34,426 nucleotides of DNA, from contig JAZNSU010000075.1 in assembly GCA_045591385.1 (NCBI GenBank), forward strand, positions 1 through 34,426, in the 5' to 3' direction. The notes beneath the pieces were generated by a model. That model did not search any database. It was given only the letters and a program-made list of their open reading frames with translations, and was not told the origin of the DNA. A program made the translations under genes and the position numbers. Origin of the DNA: Eubacteriales bacterium (GTDB lineage Bacteria; Bacillota; Clostridia; Oscillospirales; UMGS1783). Shown piece by piece: positions 27,374 through 34,426 of the stretch; the stretch's first letter is position 1, and every line of letters begins with the position of its first letter.

Positions 27374-29449
27374 TTATACTTTCTTGATGTATTTATTTTT
27401 GCGGAAGAGGAAGTATCCCATCACGATAGCCGTCGCACAAGCAAAACCGGTGCCGAGAATGTCTCCCGTGCCGGTAAACCATGAGCCGAATTGATAGATC
27501 ATGAGCGATACGGCATAGGCAAACACGCACATATAGGTGATGGCAAAGGCCGTCCATTTCCCATTATTCATTTCCCGCTTAATAGCGCCCATCGCCGCAA
27601 AACAAGGAGCGCACAGCAGGTTAAAGGTGAGGAAAGAGAAGCCGGCGATCTGATTGCCGCCGAAGATGGCAGTCATAGCCTGCTCCGCCGTTCCCATACC
27701 CAGCGCGCCGAACAGTCCGACAACCTCCTCTTTGGCGACTAATCCCAAAATAGTGGCTACGGCCGCCTGCCAGTATCCGAAACCGAGAGGCTTGAAGATC
27801 CAAGCTAAGAACGAACCGATGTGGTTGAGTACCGAAACATCGCCGACGGTAAGGTTATTGAGAAGCCAGATGATGACGCTGGCGGCAAAAATCACAGTGC
27901 CTGCTCGCTTAATAAAGTCCCAACCACGCTCACCCGTAGCCCGCAATACATTCTTGGGTTGGGGGGCATGATAGGCGGGTAATTCCATAACAAAGGGGGC
28001 GGGATGTCCCGCAAAAGGCTTGGTTTTTTTAAGGATAATGCCCGAAACCACAACGGCACCGATGCCCAGCAAATAGGCAGAGGTAGCAATCCATGCGCTT
28101 CCACCGAACAAGGCGCCCGCCAGCAAGCCTACGATCGGCATTTTGGCGCCGCAGGGGATAAAACCGGTGGTCATGATGGTGATCTTGCGGTCACGGTCTT
28201 GCTCAATGGTGCGGGAAGCCAGAATCCCCGGCACGCCGCAACCGGTAGCAATCAGCATTGGGATAAAGGATTTGCCCGAAAGCCCGAACTTGCGGAACAG
28301 ACGGTCCATAATAAAGGCGACACGAGCCATATACCCACAGTCTTCCAGCATCGAAAGAAGCAGGAAGAGGATCAGCATCTGCGGTACGAAACCAAGTACC
28401 GCTCCGATACCGCCAAGGGCGCCCTCAGTGATCAGACTGACCAGCCACGGGGTTACCCCCCAACTGCTTAGCAGATTTTCAGCGCCCGGAATGATCCATT
28501 CGCCAAAGAGGGTGTCATTCATAAACCCGACCGTCCAATCGCCCACCGTGCCGATGGAAATGGCGTATACCACAAACATAATGATAGCAAAAATGGGAAG
28601 TGCTAACCAGCGATTGGTGACGATGCGGTCAATCTTATCGGATACGGTAATGCGGGTCAGGCTCTTCTTTTTATAGCACCCGTGCAGAATGGAATCAATA
28701 TACAGATAACGCTCATTGGTGATGATGCTCTCGGCATCGTCATCAAAACGTTGCTCCATTTTGACGATATCCTGCTCGATATGGGATAAAATTTCGGGAG
28801 AGAGACCCAGTTTTTCAACCGCCTTTTGATCGCGCTCGAACAATTTGATAGCATACCAGCGCTGTTCTTCATCGGGCAGGTTGTGAATAGCCGCTTCCTC
28901 AATGTGTGCCAGCACGTGCTCTACTGAACCTGAGAAGATGTGCCGAGGCTCAATTTTCCCATGTTTGGCGGCAATCACGGCCGTATCGGCCGCATCGGAA
29001 ATGCCGGTATTTTTGAGAGCGGAGATCTCCACGATCGGGCAGCCCAGCCGCTGGGAAAGCAGATCAATGTCGATCTTATCGCCGTTGCGCCGCACCACGT
29101 CCATCATATTGATGGCGATAACGACGGGAATCCCCACCTCGATCAACTGAGTAGTCAGATACAAATTACGCTCCAGATTGGTTCCGTCAACGATATTCAG
29201 AATGGCATCAGGGCGCTCTTCAATGAGCACATTGCGCGACACCACCTCTTCCAAGGTATAGGGGGAGAGTGAATAGATGCCGGGCAGATCGATCAACGTT
29301 ACCTGCTCATGCCCTTTAATCTTGCCTTCTTTTTTCTCTACCGTAACACCCGGCCAGTTGCCCACATATTAATTCATGCCGGTAAGGGCATTAAACAGGG
29401 TAGTCTTTCCGCTGTTGGGGTTGCCCGCAAGGGCAATCTTAATGTCCAT
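27374..29449 (-). pseudogene. feoB: ferrous iron transporter FeoB interrupted by an in-frame TAA at codon 27
   Basis: Minus-strand ATG at 29449 gives [39 protein letters not shown]. The stop is at 29369-29371. The same frame continues for 664 more codons to 27374. Confidence 0.85.
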
Positions 29450-29464
29450 AATAACCTCTTCCTT

Positions 29465-29480
29465 GTTAGCCTATGCTAAC
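29465..29480. promoter_or_regulatory. palindrome GTTAGCCTATGCTAAC (candidate metalloregulator operator) between feoA and feoB
   Basis: GTTAGC-N4-GCTAAC. Differs at one central base from the perfect copy at 29736-29751. Confidence 0.5.
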
Positions 29481-29496
29481 TCATAGTGAAAATAAA

Positions 29497-29718
29497 TTAT
29501 TCGATCTCGATCATCTGGGCATCTTCCTTGCGAATGGACAGTTCATAGCCACGCACCGTCAGTTCCATCGGGTCGCCTAAGGGAGCTACCTTGCGAAGAT
29601 AGATCTCAATGCCTTTGGTGATGCCCATGTCCATGATCCGCCGCCGTACGGCGCCTTCCCCATGAACCTTGACCACCTTGGCCGTCTTGCCGATCTTTAG
29701 GTCTTTTAATGTATTCAT
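29497..29718 (-). CDS. feoA: FeoA-family protein
   Basis: 73 aa. SH3-like FeoA pattern RRRIMDMGITKG...V. Confidence 0.88.
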   Translation of the reverse strand: MNTLKDLKIGKTAKVVKVHGEGAVRRRIMDMGITKGIEIYLRKVAPLGDPMELTVRGYELSIRKEDAQMIEIE

Positions 29719-29735
29719 ACTGTACCTCTCCTTTA

Positions 29736-29751
29736 GTTAGCATATGCTAAC
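29736..29751. promoter_or_regulatory. perfect 16-bp palindrome GTTAGCATATGCTAAC (candidate operator) just downstream of the feoA -10
   Basis: Perfect dyad. Lies 10 nt downstream of the TATAAT box and 4 nt upstream of the feoA RBS. Confidence 0.6.
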
Positions 29752-29761
29752 CACAACCCAT

Positions 29762-29790
29762 ATTATAATCATACAGGGAAAGTTTGTCAA
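29762..29790 (-). promoter_or_regulatory. consensus sigma-70 promoter of feoAB
   Basis: On the minus strand: TTGACA (29790-29785), 17-nt spacer, TATAAT (29767-29762). Confidence 0.75.
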
Positions 29791-29826
29791 TACTTTTTTT
29801 GTCGATTTTTGAAAAAAGTTTGACCC

Positions 29827-29855
29827 TTGCCAAAAGAGGGAATTCGTGGTATGCT
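29827..29855 (+). promoter_or_regulatory. candidate promoter of the DtxR-family regulator gene
   Basis: TTGCCA, 17-nt spacer, TATGCT, with a TG at the extended -10 position. Confidence 0.45.
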
Positions 29856-29877
29856 ATAGGAAAAGGAGGCGATACCG

Positions 29878-30240
29878 GTGAAAATTCAAGAGTCGGGCGA
29901 GATGTATCTGGAAACGATCTTACGCCTGTCCCAACAAGGGAAAAAGGTACGATCCATTGATATCGCCGAGGATATGGGCTATTCCAAGCCGAGCGTGAGC
30001 CGTGCGGTCGGGTTGCTCAAAGCGGGGCAGTTTATCGAGGTGAATAAGGACGGCTTTATTGCCTTGACCGAAAGCGGTCGCGAACGGGCGCAAAAGATTT
30101 TTGAGCGACATCAACTGCTTACCGCCTGCCTAATGAAATTGGGCGTGAGTGAAAGGGTGGCCGCCGAGGATGCCTGCAAGATCGAGCATGATATCTCGGA
30201 TGAATCCTTTGAGGCCATCAAAAAATTTATGGAACCCTAA
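29878..30240 (+). CDS. DtxR/MntR-family metal-dependent transcriptional regulator (two-domain, no SH3)
   Basis: 120 aa with GTG start, AGGAGG upstream. HTH is SIDIAEDMGYSKPSVSRAV. Metal-ligand motif is CKIEH. The last 18 codons are part of a duplication. Confidence 0.85.
   Translation: MKIQESGEMYLETILRLSQQGKKVRSIDIAEDMGYSKPSVSRAVGLLKAGQFIEVNKDGFIALTESGRERAQKIFERHQLLTACLMKLGVSERVAAEDACKIEHDISDESFEAIKKFMEP
30185..30233 (+). repeat. 49-bp direct repeat, left copy (inside regulator ORF)
   Basis: AGCATGATATCTCGGATGAATCCTTTGAGGCCATCAAAAAATTTATGGA is identical to 30702-30750. Confidence 0.97.
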
Positions 30241-30245
30241 AAATG

Positions 30246-30266
30246 CCTCCCTTGTGTAAAGGGAGG
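30246..30266. repeat. left hairpin / terminal inverted repeat of the cassette
   Basis: CCTCCCTT-GTGTA-AAGGGAGG. The core 30247-30265 matches the reverse complement of 30668-30686 at 18 of 19 positions. Confidence 0.8.
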
Positions 30267-30295
30267 GGGACCGCGAAAGCGGTGGAGGGATTGTG

Positions 30296-30664
30296 ATGCA
30301 ATCCAAGCACAACAAAAATCTTGTGCCGTTTGCAAAAGAATTGCGGAAAAATATGACCAAGGAAGAACGGTACTTATGGTACGATTTTCTGAGGGATTAT
30401 CCCATTCGCTTTTCGCGACAAAAGGTATTAGGAAAATATATTGTAGATTTCTATAGCGCTCAGGCAAAAATCGTTGTTGAGTTAGATGGTTCGCAACATT
30501 ATACGAGCGCAGGGGAAATGCGGGATTTTCACCGCAGCGAATTTTTATATGGCTATGGATTGCGTGTTTTGCATTTTTCCAACAAGGAAGTAAATGAGAA
30601 CTTTGCAGGGGTGTGTCATTGCATTGATGCTGAGGTGCGGCAATCCCTCAGTCAGCTGCGCTGA
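30296..30664 (+). CDS. DUF559 / Vsr-like endonuclease-domain protein
   Basis: 122 aa from ATG 30296, with GGAGG 7 nt upstream. LRKNMTKEERYLWYDFLR...FSRQKVLGKYIVDFY...VVELDGSQH is typical of the DUF559 family as I recall it. Confidence 0.8.
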   Translation: MQSKHNKNLVPFAKELRKNMTKEERYLWYDFLRDYPIRFSRQKVLGKYIVDFYSAQAKIVVELDGSQHYTSAGEMRDFHRSEFLYGYGLRVLHFSNKEVNENFAGVCHCIDAEVRQSLSQLR

Positions 30665-30666
30665 CA

Positions 30667-30687
30667 GCTCCCTTTGCACAAGGGAGC
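30667..30687. repeat. right hairpin / terminal inverted repeat of the cassette
   Basis: GCTCCCTT-TGCAC-AAGGGAGC. Starts 3 nt after the DUF559 stop. Confidence 0.8.
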
Positions 30688-30701
30688 CGGTATGGATGGT
30701 A

Positions 30702-30757
30702 AGCATGATATCTCGGATGAATCCTTTGAGGCCATCAAAAAATTTATGGAGCAATAA
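30702..30757 (+). pseudogene. orphaned ancestral 3' end of the regulator gene (49-bp right repeat copy plus its own stop)
   Basis: Reads ..KHDISDESFEAIKKFMEQ*. It is directly followed by the terminator at 30761-30786. Confidence 0.7.
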
Positions 30758-30760
30758 GAA

Positions 30761-30786
30761 AAGCACCCATCTGGGTGCTTTTTCTT
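30761..30786. terminator. bidirectional rho-independent terminator (regulator / argF)
   Basis: AAGCACCC-ATCT-GGGTGCTT then TTTCTT, with an A-run on the left. Overlaps the argF stop. Confidence 0.85.
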
Positions 30787-31765
30787 ATAGGGTTGCCGCC
30801 ATGACGGCTTTAATGGTATGCATACGGTTTTCGGCCTCGTCAAAAACGATCGACTGCGGGCCTTCGAATACCTCATCGGTGACTTCCATGCAATCCAGCC
30901 CAAAACGGCCGCAGATCTCGGCACCCAGACCCGTTTTCAAATCATGGAAAGCGGGCAGGCAATGCATAAAGCGGCATTGGGGACCGGCGATATCCATCAG
31001 TTCCTGTGTCACGCGGTAGGGGGAGAGAGCGCGGATGCGGTCTTCCCACACCTCGACCGGCTCACCCATCGACACCCACACGTCGGTATAGATAATATCG
31101 GCGCCGACCACAGCGGTGGCAGGGTCTTCACTCAGTTCAATGGTCGCTCCCGTTTCGGCGGCAATGGCACGGGCTGTTTCGACCAGCGCATCGTCGGGGA
31201 AATAGCGGCGAGGGGCGCACGCTACGAAGTGCATCCCCATTTTGGCGCAGCCAATCATGAGGGAGTTGCCCATATTGTAGTGGGCTTCGCCGGTGTATAC
31301 CAGCTTTCTGCCCTTGAGAGAACCGAAATGTTCTTTAATGGTGAGGAAATCGGCCAAGATCTGGGTGGGATGAAATTCATTAGTCAGCCCGTTCCATACG
31401 GGAACGCCGGCATATTTGGCCAGTTCTTCCACCAAGTTCTGACCGTAGCCGCGGTACTCGATGCCGTTAAACATCCGTCCCAGTACCCGTGCGGTATCGG
31501 GGATGCTTTCCTTTTTACCCATCTGAGAACCCGACGGGTCGAGATAGACGGGGTGCATACCCAAATCGGCCGCCGCCACCTCAAAGGCGCAACGGGTGCG
31601 GGTACTCGTCTTTTCGAAAAGCAGGGCAATGCTCTTACCTTCGTGATCCCGATGGGGGATCCCTGCCTTCTTTTTGGCTTTATAGTCAGCGGCTAGGTCG
31701 AGTAAATATTCAATTTCTTCGGGAGTAAAATCCAGCAATTTGAGAAAATGTCTGCCTTTTAACAT
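30785..31765 (-). CDS. argF: ornithine carbamoyltransferase
   Basis: 326 aa. STRTR, HPTQ and HCLP motifs. Confidence 0.95.
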   Translation of the reverse strand: MLKGRHFLKLLDFTPEEIEYLLDLAADYKAKKKAGIPHRDHEGKSIALLFEKTSTRTRCAFEVAAADLGMHPVYLDPSGSQMGKKESIPDTARVLGRMFNGIEYRGYGQNLVEELAKYAGVPVWNGLTNEFHPTQILADFLTIKEHFGSLKGRKLVYTGEAHYNMGNSLMIGCAKMGMHFVACAPRRYFPDDALVETARAIAAETGATIELSEDPATAVVGADIIYTDVWVSMGEPVEVWEDRIRALSPYRVTQELMDIAGPQCRFMHCLPAFHDLKTGLGAEICGRFGLDCMEVTDEVFEGPQSIVFDEAENRMHTIKAVMAATL

Positions 31766-32913
31766 ACAACGCTCCTAATGATTTCGATGGCTTTTTGTAG
31801 AGTTTCCATAGGGATATTGAGGGCGGGCAACAGCCGCACCTTGTCTTTGGCGGTTAAGCACAAAACGCCCTGCGCCATGCAGGCGGCAACCACTTCAGAG
31901 GCGGGTTTGACCGTCTTAATACCGATCATTAGCCCCATACCCGTGACGGCCTCAACGCCGTCAGCATTGGAGAGGGTATCGAAAATGTATTGGCTTTTTT
32001 GACGGACATCGGCCAGCATCGCATCATCGATGCGGGAGAGGACATATTCGGCCGCCGCACAGGCGATGGGGTTGCCGCCGAAGGTCGAACCGTGGTCGCC
32101 AAAACCCAATACCGATTCCATTTTCTTGCTCATCAGCGTAGCGCCCAAGGGCAGGCCGCCCGCCAAACCTTTAGCGGTGGATACCACATCGGGGGTGATG
32201 CCGTAGTTCATATAGGAATACAGAGCGCCCGAACGGCCGTTGCCGCTCTGTACCTCGTCGATCATCAGTACAATATCATTCTCTTGGCATAACTGTGCCA
32301 CGCCTTTGACGTACTCCTTGTCCAGTGCGCGCACACCGCCCTCGCCCTGCACACATTCCATCAGAATGCCGGCCACCTTATGGCTGTGGATAGCGACCTT
32401 GAGGGTATATAGGTCATTGGCGGGAACATGAATAAAGCCCTCGGTCAGCGGTTGGAACAGTTGATGGAAATGATCCTGACCGGTGGCCGCGAGTGTGGTC
32501 AGGGTACGACCGTGGAAACTCTGCTCCAAGGTAATAATGTTGTAATATTCGTTGCCCTTGTGCTCGGCGGCGTATTTGCGGGCGAGTTTGATGGCACATT
32601 CGTTGGCCTCAGCGCCCGAATTGCTGAAAAAGACCTTGCTCATGCCGGTGCGTTTGCACATAGTTTGGGCAAGCCGTGCGCAAGGATGGGTATAGTAGAG
32701 GTTGGAGGTATGGGATACTTGATTCAGCTGAGCGGTTACCGCCGCTTTCCAGCCCTCGTCACCATGACCCAATGCCGTGACACCGATGCCGGAACCCAGG
32801 TCAATATATTCTTTTCCTGTTTCATCGTATACCAACGAGCCCTTGCCCGACACGATCTCCAGATCGAAGCGCTTATAGGTGTTGGCTACGTATTGTTTAT
32901 CAATCTGTTTCAT
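31759..32913 (-). CDS. argD: acetylornithine aminotransferase
   Basis: 384 aa class-III PLP aminotransferase (DEVQSG, TFGGNP) within the arg operon. 7-nt overlap with argF. Confidence 0.9.
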   Translation of the reverse strand: MKQIDKQYVANTYKRFDLEIVSGKGSLVYDETGKEYIDLGSGIGVTALGHGDEGWKAAVTAQLNQVSHTSNLYYTHPCARLAQTMCKRTGMSKVFFSNSGAEANECAIKLARKYAAEHKGNEYYNIITLEQSFHGRTLTTLAATGQDHFHQLFQPLTEGFIHVPANDLYTLKVAIHSHKVAGILMECVQGEGGVRALDKEYVKGVAQLCQENDIVLMIDEVQSGNGRSGALYSYMNYGITPDVVSTAKGLAGGLPLGATLMSKKMESVLGFGDHGSTFGGNPIACAAAEYVLSRIDDAMLADVRQKSQYIFDTLSNADGVEAVTGMGLMIGIKTVKPASEVVAACMAQGVLCLTAKDKVRLLPALNIPMETLQKAIEIIRSVVC

Positions 32914-33767
32914 TTTGTCACCATGGTACCGGCGCCTTCGTCGGTCAGCAATTCCATCAAAATCGAATGGGGGACACGGCCGTCCATAATAATGACCGAG
33001 TGCACGCCCTTATGTACCGCTTCAATACAGCAATCCACTTTGGGGATCATACCGCCCGAAATGATGCCCTGTTCCTGCAGGTGTTCAGCCTCATCCAGCG
33101 TGATCTTGGGAATGAGGGTAGAGGGATCGTCCTTATCTTTGAGGATGCCCGCAATATCGGTCATCATGATCAGGCGCTCGGCGCCCAACGCACCGGCGAT
33201 AAAGGCGGCGGCGGTGTCGCCGTTGATGTTGTAGGCGTTGCCCTGCTCGTCACAACCGATGGTGGAAATGACGGGAATGTAGCCCTTTTCCAGCAGGTCA
33301 AAGACGGGCTGGATGTTGACATTGGTGATCTGACCAACATAGCCCAGCTTCTCATTTTTGACCTTGGCTTCGATGAGGCGACCGTCCATGCCCGAAATGC
33401 CCATGGCGCGCCCGCCTTTCATTTCTAAAAGGTTCACCAGCGTTTTGTTGACCTTGCCGGCCAACACCATCTGGACGATATCGACCGTTTCCTTATCGGT
33501 CACGCGCAGGCCGTCGACAAATTCGGGTTTCTTGCCCAGTCGGTCCATCAGGTCATTGATCTCAGGACCGCCACCGTGCACCAGCACGATCTTGACCCCG
33601 ATCAGCCACAGCAGGACAATGTCTTCCATTACCTGTTGTTTGAGGTGTTCATTGATCATGGCATTACCGCCGTATTTAACAACAACGATCTGCCCCGTAT
33701 AGCGTTTGATGTGCGGCAGGGCTTGGGTGAGCACTTCCGCCCGCTCGGCATTGGAAAATTCGTTCAT
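32910..33767 (-). CDS. argB: acetylglutamate kinase
   Basis: 285 aa from ATG 33767 (TTG 33770 is an alternative). VVKYGGNAM and LVHGGGP motifs. TGATG overlap with the argJ stop. Confidence 0.94.
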   Translation of the reverse strand: MNEFSNAERAEVLTQALPHIKRYTGQIVVVKYGGNAMINEHLKQQVMEDIVLLWLIGVKIVLVHGGGPEINDLMDRLGKKPEFVDGLRVTDKETVDIVQMVLAGKVNKTLVNLLEMKGGRAMGISGMDGRLIEAKVKNEKLGYVGQITNVNIQPVFDLLEKGYIPVISTIGCDEQGNAYNINGDTAAAFIAGALGAERLIMMTDIAGILKDKDDPSTLIPKITLDEAEHLQEQGIISGGMIPKVDCCIEAVHKGVHSVIIMDGRVPHSILMELLTDEGAGTMVTK

Positions 33768-34426
33768 CAAGTTCTGTAATCTCCGTTTATTTTTACATAG
33801 TCATAGGTCAGGTCACAACCCCAGGCGGTGGCGCTGTGCTCGCCGCTGTCCAGCGTGACCAGAATCTCGATCTCTTTCTCCAGCAGGATCTCTTTGGCTT
33901 TTTCTTCCGAGAATTCGACTCCGGCACCGTTTCGGCAAACTTCAATCGTGCCTTTGTTGCTGCGGAAGCAAACACCAACCTTGTTGACATCCACATCGGC
34001 ACCCGAATAGCCAATGGCGCACAGCACGCGACCCCAGTTGGCATCGGCGCCGAACATGGCGGCTTTGAGCAGGGAAGAGCAGATAACCGATTTGGCCACC
34101 GTCTTGGCCGTGGCTTGATCGGCCGCGCCCATTACCTTGCATTCGAGCAGTTTGGTCGCACCCTCGCCGTCGCCCGCAATGGTGCGGCACAGATAGACCG
34201 TCACCGAATTGAGCGCTTGGCAGAAGGCGGCAAAATCGTCGCCCTCACTATCAATGATGGGGTTTTCGGCTAAGCCGTTGGCTAAAACCGTGACCATATC
34301 ATTGGTCGAGGTGTCGCCATCGACCGAGAGCATATTAAAAGTATTGGTAATATCATGCGAAAGTGCTTGTTGGAGCATGGCGGGGGTGATGGCAACGTCG
34401 CTGGTGATAAAGACCAGCATGGTGGC
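33767..34426 (-). CDS. argJ: ornithine acetyltransferase / N-acetylglutamate synthase ArgJ, partial (beta chain; continues beyond window)
   Basis: The reading frame is open to the window edge. The edge codons read A-T-M-L-V-F, matching the ArgJ autoprocessing site A|TML. The C-terminus is YVKINGDYRT. Confidence 0.9.
   Translation of the reverse strand, partial: ATMLVFITSDVAITPAMLQQALSHDITNTFNMLSVDGDTSTNDMVTVLANGLAENPIIDSEGDDFAAFCQALNSVTVYLCRTIAGDGEGATKLLECKVMGAADQATAKTVAKSVICSSLLKAAMFGADANWGRVLCAIGYSGADVDVNKVGVCFRSNKGTIEVCRNGAGVEFSEEKAKEILLEKEIEILVTLDSGEHSATAWGCDLTYDYVKINGDYRT

Larger units (their letters stand above)
30234..30701 (+). mobile_element. DUF559-endonuclease cassette inserted in the regulator 3' end (no transposase or integrase)
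   Basis: A single-gene segment between perfect 49-bp direct repeats. It is bounded internally by inverted hairpin repeats. Confidence 0.6.

Noticed and set aside
29369-29371. Possibility that the TAA in feoB is recoded (alternative genetic code or readthrough).
   Set aside because: TAA terminates many well-conserved genes in this window at their expected ends, including rplC, rplW, rplB, infA, rpmJ and the DtxR-family gene. A reassigned TAA is therefore not supported.
29792-29819. A/T-rich dyad ACTTTTTTTGTCGATTTTTGAAAAAAGT in the feoA/regulator divergent region.
   Set aside because: It is low-complexity A/T-tract symmetry. It is more simply explained as UP-element-like or curved promoter DNA than as a specific site.
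30594-31019. 141-aa plus-strand ORF spanning the cassette end and the argF 3' region.
   Set aside because: It crosses the hairpin, the repeat copy and the terminator, and it runs antisense to argF. It has no RBS. It is a spurious ORF.

Overview
The window looks like a Firmicutes/Clostridia chromosome at about 55% GC. That lineage call is inferred from gene order and protein sequences only. All family assignments come from motif recognition by eye; no searches were run.

**Layout**
- 1-15142 (+): conserved S10-spc-alpha ribosomal superoperon, in the order rplC-rplD-rplW-rplB-rpsS-rplV-rpsC-rplP-rpmC-rpsQ-rplN-rplX-rplE-rpsN(Z)-rpsH-rplF-rplR-rpsE-rpmD-rplO-secY-adk-map-KOW-infA-rpmJ-rpsM-rpsK-rpsD-rpoA-rplQ. 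It ends in a strong terminator.
- 15179-19670 (+): self-contained five-gene carbohydrate cluster (two SDRs, a UlaG-like MBL hydrolase, a mutarotase-fold protein, a ribokinase-family kinase).
- 19665-26250 (-): serine hydrolase, split ChrA pair, Rrf2 regulator, class II aldolase, YfhO and NUDIX.
- 26291-27160 (+): M14 peptidase.
- 27215-30240: iron locus with feoA, feoB, a small Cys-rich protein and a divergent DtxR/MntR-type regulator.
- 30785-34426 (-): argJ(partial)-argB-argD-argF.

**Most notable observations**
1. A roughly 0.5-kb DUF559/Vsr-like endonuclease cassette sits in the 3' end of the DtxR-family gene. It is bracketed by perfect 49-bp direct repeats and inverted hairpin repeats.
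2. feoB carries an in-frame TAA at codon 27.
3. Twin GTTAGC-N4-GCTAAC palindromes lie in the feo locus.
4. Neither of the two tandem SDR paralogs has the catalytic Tyr.

No tRNA, rRNA, CRISPR array, transposase or integrase was seen.
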